Below are positions 18,427 to 25,543 of a stretch of DNA of 25,543 nucleotides, piece by piece. The stretch's first letter is position 1, and every line of letters starts with the position of its first letter. The stretch is from NCBI GenBank assembly GCA_024762845.1, contig JANTGQ010000001.1:1-25543 (forward strand). Direction: 5' to 3'. The notes beneath the pieces were generated by a model that searched no databases, was not told where the DNA came from, and was given only the letters and a program-made list of their open reading frames with translations. The DNA is from Nitratifractor sp. Its GTDB lineage: Bacteria > Campylobacterota > Campylobacteria > Campylobacterales > Sulfurovaceae. Made by a program: the position numbers and the translations under genes.

Positions 18427-19203
18427 TTACTTTACCATCTTAAGCAGTGTTTCTATACTCTTCTCCTGCATATCCAAATCTAAATGTGGGGCATCTTTTA
18501 CCTCTACTATAGTTACATTCACTCCCTTTGACTTTGCTAATTGGTAAAACTCTTTTGTAACTTCCGGCTTTGAGATAGTGTCTTTTGTACCATATACAAG
18601 AGCAATTTTACTCTCTTTGGAAATCTTATCTACAAAGTCAACTGCAGAGATTAAACCTTTTGTTTTATCTATTTTATGAATATCGTATCTTCCGCCAGCT
18701 AAAATGGCATTTTGGATTAGCTTTGGTTTATACCCTAAAACTGTAGCCGTTGCCATTGCTCCTGCAGAGTGTGCAACTACAGTTAACTCTTTGGCTTTGA
18801 ATTTGGATTTTAAATCTTTTAAGAGTGTTGCTAGAAACTCTACATACTCTTTTGTTGCAGCCATATGTACAGCATTTTTATTGTGCGTTAAAGCCTGAAT
18901 ATGATTAGTTGAAGAGCCAGAGTATCCAGGTAAAGCGACTGCTACCGTTGTGATATCGCTCTCAAGGTTTAAATTCTCAGCAAATGTTTTATATCGCGAG
19001 AGGGTGTCGGCTCCCTCTTTCCAGGCGCCGTGCACTGTTACAATGAACTTATCTTTTACTTCACCTTCAAATGATGCAAAATGAATACACTCACCAGCAC
19101 TAAAAATATAGCTATCTTTTAGGTTGGAACACTGCTCTTTGCTGATGCTTTTTGCATTAATTATTGCCAAAAGTGCAAGCAGCATAAAAAATATCTTTTT
19201 CAT
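18427..19203 (-). CDS. Exported alpha/beta-fold hydrolase
   Basis: Signal peptide MKKIFFMLLALLAIINA, oxyanion VHGA, nucleophile elbow AHSAG, acid in GTKD and His in APHL. Confidence 0.8.
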   Translation of the reverse strand: MKKIFFMLLALLAIINAKSISKEQCSNLKDSYIFSAGECIHFASFEGEVKDKFIVTVHGAWKEGADTLSRYKTFAENLNLESDITTVAVALPGYSGSSTNHIQALTHNKNAVHMAATKEYVEFLATLLKDLKSKFKAKELTVVAHSAGAMATATVLGYKPKLIQNAILAGGRYDIHKIDKTKGLISAVDFVDKISKESKIALVYGTKDTISKPEVTKEFYQLAKSKGVNVTIVEVKDAPHLDLDMQEKSIETLLKMVK

Positions 19204-19233
19204 TTGTTACCTTTCCTATTGAATATAGACTTG

Positions 19234-19242
19234 ATTATATCA
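19234..19242 (-). promoter_or_regulatory. Extended -10 promoter (TGaTATAAT) for the hydrolase-GNAT pair
   Basis: The reverse complement of 19234-19242 is TGATATAAT, 30 nt upstream of the ATG. An AGGAAAGG RBS lies between them. Confidence 0.65.
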
Positions 19243-19284
19243 ATCTTTGCAAATAAAAGTCAAGTTTCTAGTAATTGGAGTATA

Positions 19285-19305
19285 CTTTAGTCAAATAGGC
19301 TAAAG
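19285..19305. promoter_or_regulatory. HAIR-like (HspR) operator between the divergent hydrolase and htpG promoters
   Basis: CTTTAGT-caaatag-GCTAAAG matches the HAIR consensus CTTGAGT-N7-ACTCAAG at 11/14 positions with exact N7 spacing and symmetric substitutions. An outer repeat TGGAGTA/TACTCCA (19276-19282/19312-19318) flanks it. Confidence 0.6.
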
Positions 19306-19374
19306 TTTCTTTACTCCACTATTGATATTTTTAAAAAAATATAGTAAAATTACGAAAAAATATAGGAGTAATAG

Positions 19375-21246
19375 ATGGCAAAATATACATATCAAACAGA
19401 AGTAGGTCAACTTTTAAAATTGATGACACACTCACTCTACTCAAATAGAGAGATTTTTTTAAGAGAGTTAGTCTCTAATGCGAGTGATGCTATAGATAAG
19501 TTTAACTACCTGCATATTACAGATGAGAAGTTTAAAAACGAAGAGTGGAAAGCTCAAATTAATATTAAAATTGACAAAGATGATAACTCACTAACAATTG
19601 GTGATAACGGTATAGGGATGAATGAGCAAGATTTAATAGATAATCTTGGTACTATTGCAAAATCTGGTACAAAAGCCTTTTTAGAAGAGTTAGAGAATAA
19701 AAATGATGGCAAAGTAGACAGTAATCTAATTGGTCAATTTGGTGTTGGTTTCTACTCTGTATTTATGGTTAGTGATGCTGTAGAGGTTATAAGTAAAAAA
19801 GCTGGTGAAGATACAGCATACAAATTTAAGAGTGACGGAAGTGGAGAGTTTGAGGTTAGCCAGGTTGTTAAAGATGAGCACGGCACAGTAATCTATATAA
19901 AACTACGCGACGATGCACAAGAGTTTTTGGATGTTCATACGGTTAAAGATATTATTAAACGCTACTCAAATCATATTCCGTATGAGATTTATATTAACTA
20001 TGTCGAGACAAGTAAAGATGAAGATGGCAATGAAACAAGCGAAAATAAAAGAGAGTTGGCAAACGAGGCAACTGCACTATGGACACTACCAAAGTCTGAA
20101 ATTAAGGATGATGAGTATGAAGAGTTTTATAAAACCAACTGGCACGATAGCCAAGAGCCGTTAACTTGGGTACATACAAGTGCAGAAGGCTCATTGGAGT
20201 ATAAAACACTCTTTTTTATACCAAAAGTGCCACCAATGGATCTTTATAGAGCAGACTTCCAGCCTGGAGTTAAGCTTTATATTAAAAGAGTCTTTATCTC
20301 AGACAAAGAGAAAGAGTTACTACCACTCTACTTGCGTTTTGTAAGGGGTATTATAGATAGTGAGGATTTACCATTAAATGTTAGCCGTGAGATACTACAA
20401 GAGAATAGGGTGCTTGCTACAATTAAACAAGCATCAGTTAAAAAGGTACTTAACCACATTAAAAAACTCAAAGGCGAAGAGTTCGAAACTTTTGTAGAAA
20501 ACTACAATCAGCTTATTAAAGAGGGTATATATACTGACCAACTAAACAAAGAGTTACTCTTAGATATTGTTCGTTATAAATCGAATAAAGTTGACAAATT
20601 TACCTCTTTAAGTGAGTATATAGAGCGTGAAAAAGATAAAGAGAATAGAAAACAAGAGATTTACTATATTACTGGTGATAATTTAAATATTATTAAACAC
20701 TCTCCGCTACTAGAGGGCTATAACAAAAATGATTTAGAAGTCTTGCTCTTAGATGAAAAAGAGATAGATGAGTTAGTGACTCCAATGATAGGTGAGTATA
20801 AAGAGTGGAAATTGGTAGATATATCTATGGCAGAGGCTCCAGAAGTTGAAGAGAGTAAAGAGGAGATAGAGGAGTTAAACAAAGGGTTTGAAAGCCTGCT
20901 GCAGGTGATAAAAGATACATTAGGAGATAGTGTTAAAGATGTAAAAATAACTACAAGATTAACCCAGAGTGCTAGCTGTGTTGTACCTGATGGTACAGAT
21001 CCAATGGTCTCTATGCGTGCAATGTTTAAGCAGATGGGACAAGAGGAACCTGAGCTTCCACTTATCTTGGAGTTAAACGGAAAACATCCTATATTAGAGA
21101 AGTTAAAAACAACTAGTGATGTAAACTTAATTCAAGAGAGTGCATGGTTACTGCTTGATAGTGCGAAGCTTGCAGAGGGTATTGAGCCAAAAGATAAAAT
21201 TGAATTCTCAAAAAGAGTTACTGATATTTTGGCAAAAGTGCTATAA
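19375..21246 (+). CDS. htpG: Chaperone HtpG (Hsp90)
   Basis: LYSNREIFLRELVSNASDA, DNGIGM, NLGTIAKSGT, IGQFGVGFYS and DLPLNVSREILQ. RBS AGGAG at 19364-19368; TAAAAT at 19345-19350. Confidence 0.98.
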   Translation: MAKYTYQTEVGQLLKLMTHSLYSNREIFLRELVSNASDAIDKFNYLHITDEKFKNEEWKAQINIKIDKDDNSLTIGDNGIGMNEQDLIDNLGTIAKSGTKAFLEELENKNDGKVDSNLIGQFGVGFYSVFMVSDAVEVISKKAGEDTAYKFKSDGSGEFEVSQVVKDEHGTVIYIKLRDDAQEFLDVHTVKDIIKRYSNHIPYEIYINYVETSKDEDGNETSENKRELANEATALWTLPKSEIKDDEYEEFYKTNWHDSQEPLTWVHTSAEGSLEYKTLFFIPKVPPMDLYRADFQPGVKLYIKRVFISDKEKELLPLYLRFVRGIIDSEDLPLNVSREILQENRVLATIKQASVKKVLNHIKKLKGEEFETFVENYNQLIKEGIYTDQLNKELLLDIVRYKSNKVDKFTSLSEYIEREKDKENRKQEIYYITGDNLNIIKHSPLLEGYNKNDLEVLLLDEKEIDELVTPMIGEYKEWKLVDISMAEAPEVEESKEEIEELNKGFESLLQVIKDTLGDSVKDVKITTRLTQSASCVVPDGTDPMVSMRAMFKQMGQEEPELPLILELNGKHPILEKLKTTSDVNLIQESAWLLLDSAKLAEGIEPKDKIEFSKRVTDILAKVL

Positions 21247-21265
21247 TTAGAGGAAAAAGGTCTTC

Positions 21266-22204
21266 ATGGATTTCTTCTCTAAAGTAAACTCTTTCTCGAG
21301 AGAGCGAAAAGCTACAGTTGTTGCAACTGCAACTGCAACGCTTTTGGCATTTGTTAAGTTGGTTATTGGTTTAATGAGTGGTTCTGTTGCTGTACTGGCA
21401 TCTGCAATTGACTCTATTTTGGATACTGCAATATCTATTTTTAACTTTTTTGCTATTAAGAAAGCTGAAGAGCAGCCTAATGAAAAATTTTCTTATGGAA
21501 AAGGCAAGATCCAGGCAATAGCAGGTGTTATTGAGGGGACAGTAATAACAATCTCCGGACTCTATATTATTTACGAGGCACTCTCTAAACTAATAAACAA
21601 AGAGACAACAACAATGTTGGGTGTCTCTGTATGGGTGATGGTTATATCTATCATGATTACATTTTTTTTAGTAAAATATTTAGAAAAGATTGCCAAAGAG
21701 ACAGATAACTTAGTTATAAAATCGGATGCTTTACACTATAAAACAGACCTCTACAGTAATGGTGCGGTTTTACTTGCACTCTTTTTAGTCTCTTTAACTG
21801 GCTTAGATCTTATAGATGCAATCTTTGGTTTGGCAATTGGTGTCTATATTATATACTCAGCGTATGAGATTATAGTGGAGGGTGTTTTAATACTTTTAGA
21901 TAGGTCTCTTGATGCAGATATCGTTGCAAAAATTGGTGAAATTATCTCCAGTAGTGCAAAGGTTCGTGGGTATCATTGGTTAAAAACAAGAACAGACGGA
22001 AGTCATAATTTTGTTGATTTCCATTTAGTACTTGATCCAAAAATGACTCTAGAAGAGGCTCATGAAATTGGAGATAAATTAATATGTGAAATTTCGTCGC
22101 TAGATGCTACGAAAGGGTGGGTTATCAACCCGCATTTTGATCCACATGATGATGAAGAGTTGAATATCAGGTTCTATAATGGTACCGAGAGCTGTGGAAG
22201 ATAA
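21266..22204 (+). CDS. Cation diffusion facilitator (FieF/YiiP-like) metal exporter
   Basis: Six transmembrane segments; site A motifs DSILD and HYKTD (DD-HD type); FSYGKGKIQ; cytoplasmic domain with DFHLV, EAHEI and PHFDP. Confidence 0.92.
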   Translation: MDFFSKVNSFSRERKATVVATATATLLAFVKLVIGLMSGSVAVLASAIDSILDTAISIFNFFAIKKAEEQPNEKFSYGKGKIQAIAGVIEGTVITISGLYIIYEALSKLINKETTTMLGVSVWVMVISIMITFFLVKYLEKIAKETDNLVIKSDALHYKTDLYSNGAVLLALFLVSLTGLDLIDAIFGLAIGVYIIYSAYEIIVEGVLILLDRSLDADIVAKIGEIISSSAKVRGYHWLKTRTDGSHNFVDFHLVLDPKMTLEEAHEIGDKLICEISSLDATKGWVINPHFDPHDDEELNIRFYNGTESCGR

Positions 22205-22838
22205 TCTGCAAAGTGAGATATATCTCTGTTCTCCTAAAAAGGTAGAAGGGGTATCTTATCTACCAATGATACGTTTCAAGAGAGTATTAGAGCAGATTGA
22301 CCTAAGCAGGTACGATACACTTCTTTTTACATCAAAACAAGCTGTAGTTTTTACAAATGAGATCTGTTGCAACTGGAGATATAAAAAAATTCTGGCTGTT
22401 GGCGAACAGACTGCAAAAGTATGTAGAGAGTTTGGTGCTAAAGATATATACTTTCCGACAGAGTATTATGGCTCTGTTCTTGCAAGCGATATAGTTAGAA
22501 ACTTTGCAAATGCAAAAATAGTCTATCTGCGACCTCGTGTCATTTCTTTTGATTCGACCGCATTTATGCAGTCGCAAGGTATCGATATAGAGGAACGCAT
22601 ACTATATGAGACGCAATGTATAGAGTATGAAAAAGATAATTTGACCAAAAATGCTACAATCATCTTTACATCTCCATCTACAATACGATGTTTTTTTAAG
22701 AGCTTTCAATGGAGAGAGAGTTATAAAGCGGTTGTAATAGGCAAGACAACCTTAGAACAACTGCCAGAGGGCATCTGTGCAACTGTTTCACCCAAAGCAA
22801 CGATAGCAGCTTGTATAGAAACAGCACAAAATATGTAG
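22179..22838 (+). CDS. hemD: Uroporphyrinogen-III synthase (start may be GTG 22194)
   Basis: LLFTSKQAV, AVGEQTA, YLRP, LYETQ, IIFTSPSTI and VIGKTT, the typical short HemD pattern. Confidence 0.88.
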   Translation: MVPRAVEDNLQSEIYLCSPKKVEGVSYLPMIRFKRVLEQIDLSRYDTLLFTSKQAVVFTNEICCNWRYKKILAVGEQTAKVCREFGAKDIYFPTEYYGSVLASDIVRNFANAKIVYLRPRVISFDSTAFMQSQGIDIEERILYETQCIEYEKDNLTKNATIIFTSPSTIRCFFKSFQWRESYKAVVIGKTTLEQLPEGICATVSPKATIAACIETAQNM

Positions 22839-22884
22839 CTTTTTATAAAATAATTGACTTCCTATAGATTTTTTGAATTTTTTT

Positions 22885-22893
22885 TGCTATAAT
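22885..22893 (+). promoter_or_regulatory. Extended -10 promoter TGcTATAAT, candidate promoter for 6S RNA
   Basis: Perfect TGnTATAAT in an AT-rich tract about 50 nt upstream of the predicted 6S stem. Confidence 0.55.
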
Positions 22894-22945
22894 ATAAATA
22901 TAGTTTAAATAATTAAATTAATATTTATTTTTAAGCTATACATAA

Positions 22946-23140
22946 GTAATGCCTGGGTAGTTCGCTAAATTGCAAATGGGGTCCAACATTTAAGATGAGG
23001 GGGACTAAGTGGTTACTATGTGTGTGGATAGCTTTGCTTGAGCTCCTAGAGTGAGAAGTTGACCCCTAATTAGTAACCCTCTCCTCCACTTTGTTGGCTT
23101 ATTAGGGCCGACACATGCAAATACGGCTACCTGGGTTACA
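22946..23140 (+). ncRNA. ssrS: 6S RNA
   Basis: About 195 nt rod-like fold. Closing stem CCTGGGTAGT/GGCTACCTGGG; TTGCA 22970-74 pairs with 23116-20; CCAACA 22983-88 with TGTTGG 23092-97; GGTTACTA 23011-18 with TAGTAACC 23071-78. Central asymmetric bubble 22975-22982 / 23098-23115, and a T-tract follows. The position upstream of purD matches the known Campylobacter/Helicobacter locus. Ends are approximate. Confidence 0.85.
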
Positions 23141-23249
23141 ACTCTTTTTTATTACATTACCAACTAAGCATCAACGCTATTAAAATAATCTTCATATAGT
23201 TGCAAAATTGTACCTCTATAACTGATTTAGGTTACTGAGAGTGTTATAT

Positions 23250-23258
23250 TGGTATACT
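23250..23258 (+). promoter_or_regulatory. Extended -10 promoter (TGgTATACT) for purD-RDD-lptD
   Basis: TGGTATACT lies 26 nt upstream of ATG 23285, with GGAG RBS at 23273-23276. Confidence 0.65.
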
Positions 23259-23284
23259 TCTATAAAAATAGTGGAGTTGTATGT

Positions 23285-24559
23285 ATGGATGTTTTAATTA
23301 TCGGAAGTGGGGGCAGAGAGTACTCTATAGGTTACGCTTTAAAAAAAGATGAAAATGTAGACAAAATATACTTTGCTCCTGGCAATGGTGCTACAGATAC
23401 ATTGGGCAAAAATATTGCACTATCTGATTTTAACGAACTTGCAAATTTTGCAAAAGAGAGTAGCATTGAGTTAACTATTGTAGGACCCGAAGATCCATTG
23501 GTAAATGGAATTGTAGATGTTTTTCATGAGCATAATTTAAATATTTTTGGTCCAAGTAAAGCTGCAGCACAACTTGAAGGTTCAAAAGTATTTATGAAAA
23601 ATTGTCTTCAAAAGTATGGAGTACCCACTGCAAAATATTTAGAAACAGACTCTTTAGATGAAGCTAGCAGCTTTATAAACACTATGTCGACTCCAATAGT
23701 TGTAAAAGCAGATGGGCTCTGCGCCGGTAAAGGTGTAATTATAGCACCGACTCATGCAGATGCAATTGAAGCTGCAAAAAATATGCTAAGCGGTGAAAGC
23801 TTTGGAGACGCCGGTAGTAAAATTATTGTAGAGGAGTATCTTGATGGATATGAACTCTCTATCTTTGCAGTATGTGACGGAAAGGATTATGTTGTGCTCC
23901 CGGCTGCACAAGACCATAAAAGAGTTCTCGATGGAGACGAGGGTCCCAATACAGGCGGAATGGGTGCCTATGCTCCTACCCCTTTAATTGATGATGAGCT
24001 TTATAAAAAAGTGGAAGATCGAGTAATAAAACCAACTCTAGAGGGCTTAAAAAAAGATGGAATGCCATTTACTGGTGTACTTTTTATTGGTGTAATGGTA
24101 GTTAATGGAGAACCTATTGTATTGGAGTATAATGTTCGTTTTGGAGACCCAGAGTGTGAAGAGTTAATGGTTCTGATTGAGTCTCCAGTTAGTGAACTCT
24201 TTTACAAAGCAGCTACTGGAGACCTTGCCAATTTGGATATTAAACTAAGTAACAGATATGCTGTTGGAGTAGTGCTTGCGAGCCAAAACTATCCATATAG
24301 TAGTAGCCAACCTGCAGAGATTATTGTAGATGAGATTGTACATAAAGAGTTAAGTGAAAACTCTTATATAGCGTATGCAGGTGTGAGCAAAGATGAAGAT
24401 GGCACTCTTTTGGCAACAGGTGGCCGTGTGTTGGTATGTGTAGGTATTGGTGAAAGTATTCAGGAGGCAAGAGACCGTGCATATATGTTGGTTGGTCAAG
24501 TACATTTTATTGGGAAAAAGTGCCGTACAGATATAGCCTATCAGGCGCTTGCACAATAG
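23285..24559 (+). CDS. purD: Phosphoribosylamine--glycine ligase
   Basis: [45 protein letters not shown] and [10 protein letters not shown]. The start is reassigned from TTG 23249 to ATG 23285 on RBS and promoter position. Confidence 0.97.
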   Translation: MDVLIIGSGGREYSIGYALKKDENVDKIYFAPGNGATDTLGKNIALSDFNELANFAKESSIELTIVGPEDPLVNGIVDVFHEHNLNIFGPSKAAAQLEGSKVFMKNCLQKYGVPTAKYLETDSLDEASSFINTMSTPIVVKADGLCAGKGVIIAPTHADAIEAAKNMLSGESFGDAGSKIIVEEYLDGYELSIFAVCDGKDYVVLPAAQDHKRVLDGDEGPNTGGMGAYAPTPLIDDELYKKVEDRVIKPTLEGLKKDGMPFTGVLFIGVMVVNGEPIVLEYNVRFGDPECEELMVLIESPVSELFYKAATGDLANLDIKLSNRYAVGVVLASQNYPYSSSQPAEIIVDEIVHKELSENSYIAYAGVSKDEDGTLLATGGRVLVCVGIGESIQEARDRAYMLVGQVHFIGKKCRTDIAYQALAQ

Positions 24560-24581
24560 CTATTAAAATTAAAGGGTAAAG

Positions 24582-24995
24582 ATGATAGAATACGCCTCTA
24601 TAGGTCGAAGAATGGTCTCTTTTGTAATAGATGACCTATTGGTATCTTTTTTGTTTATTGCAATATTTTATGGGCAGATTGTATCTTTGGGGACGCAGGA
24701 GGCTATGATATTTTTTGTTGCTCAAAATAGTTGGGTGTTACTTTTGTTGAAAATGTTTTATCACACTTTTTTTATAGCGTACAGTGGTGCAACAGTTGGA
24801 AAATATTTTGCTAAAATAGTAGCAATAGATGAAACGAGTGGAGAGAAGCTTAGCTGGTCTATGGCTGCGCTAAGAGCAATAGTAAGAGTTATTGGTGAGT
24901 CTCTCTTTTATATAACATTTTTGTTTGCCTTTTTTTCTCCTAAAAGACAAACACTACATGATAAATTAACAAAGTGCGTGGTGGTCAATGTTTAA
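24582..24995 (+). CDS. RDD family membrane protein
   Basis: YASIGRRMVSFVIDD, GATVGK, LRAIVR and RQTLHDK. Confidence 0.9.
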   Translation: MIEYASIGRRMVSFVIDDLLVSFLFIAIFYGQIVSLGTQEAMIFFVAQNSWVLLLLKMFYHTFFIAYSGATVGKYFAKIVAIDETSGEKLSWSMAALRAIVRVIGESLFYITFLFAFFSPKRQTLHDKLTKCVVVNV

Positions 24996-25543
24996 ATTTA
25001 ATAAAATTATTCTAAGTGTTATTCTTGCAGCTACATTAGCTCAGGCTGAATCGAAAGAGGCAAAAGATATTGAGGTGTATGCCAAAGAGGTACAGCAAGA
25101 TAATGGTGATGCAATAATAAATGATGGTGTTGTCGTTGAATATGATGGCTCTATATTTCGAGCTGATAGAGCGAAATACTCTTTTGATAAAAAATATCTT
25201 AATCTTAGTGGAAATGTAACGTTAATTGATAAAAGTGGCAAACGTATTCGAGCTAAAGAGTTAAGGTTAGACTTAGGAGACAATAGTGTTATTTTAAAAG
25301 ATTTTTTTACTTTAGCACAAGAGCATATATGGTTTAGTAGCACTAAAGGTAGTAAAAAAGAGCAATTAATTACATCAAAGAATGCTCTTTTTTCAAGCTG
25401 TTCAGTTGACAACCCGGACTGGATGCTAGGGTTTAATAAGGCAATATATGATACAGAGACAGAAATAGTACGCTTCTATGATGCAAAAGTCTATATAAAA
25501 AAAATACCCGTATTTTATTTTCCTTATATCTATGTACCACTTT
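24988..25543 (+). CDS. lptD: LPS-assembly protein LptD (OstA), 5' part; runs off the right edge
   Basis: Not in the ORF track. From ATG 24988: MFKFNKIILSVILAATLAQA-ESKE..., beta-taco repeats (ADRAKY, LSGNV), FSSCSVDNPDW and IPVFYFPYIYVP. The purD-RDD-lptD order is typical of Campylobacterota. Confidence 0.9.
   Translation, partial: MFKFNKIILSVILAATLAQAESKEAKDIEVYAKEVQQDNGDAIINDGVVVEYDGSIFRADRAKYSFDKKYLNLSGNVTLIDKSGKRIRAKELRLDLGDNSVILKDFFTLAQEHIWFSSTKGSKKEQLITSKNALFSSCSVDNPDWMLGFNKAIYDTETEIVRFYDAKVYIKKIPVFYFPYIYVPL

Noticed and set aside
19231-19243. TTGAT-tat-ATCAA as an FNR/CRP-family box
   Set aside because: The spacer is 3 nt, not the required 4, and the palindrome largely coincides with the -10 element.
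18704-24556. ORFs at 18704, 19913, 22332 and 24350
   Set aside because: Antisense or out-of-frame shadows within the hydrolase, htpG, hemD and purD genes.
25041-25412. Minus-strand 123 aa ORF
   Set aside because: It is the antisense mirror of lptD, which is the real gene but was left out of the track because it has no stop within the window.
1-25543. CRISPR array, tRNA/rRNA, transposase, prophage or defence genes, selenocysteine read-through
   Set aside because: I saw no regularly spaced direct repeats, cloverleaf folds, such ORFs or in-frame TGA interruptions.

Overview
An AT-rich, gene-dense window from a Campylobacterota (Epsilonproteobacteria) chromosome. The gene content suggests a free-living Sulfurovum/Sulfurimonas/Nitratifractor-like organism, which is an inference. 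Most of it is core housekeeping: nadE (5' part), dsbD, uvrC, nadB, guaA, dgkA, htpG, a CDF transporter, hemD, purD, an RDD protein and lptD (5' part). Several features are missing from the ORF track: nadE and lptD at the window edges, a 6S RNA upstream of purD, a 42-57 aa lipoprotein ORF in front of nadB, a ~190 bp fold-back element with IS982-like ends, and a HAIR-like (HspR) operator upstream of htpG. Two gene groups deserve follow-up. One is a thiol-redox cluster: a ferredoxin:thioredoxin reductase-rhodanese fusion, DsbD and a CxxC YyaL-like protein. The other is a translationally coupled three-gene phosphorelay whose Hpt sits at the end of a very long acidic protein that also carries a His-less pseudo-Hpt. 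I see no CRISPR array, tRNA, rRNA, intact transposase or prophage. No database searches were run, so every statement about novelty is a hypothesis.
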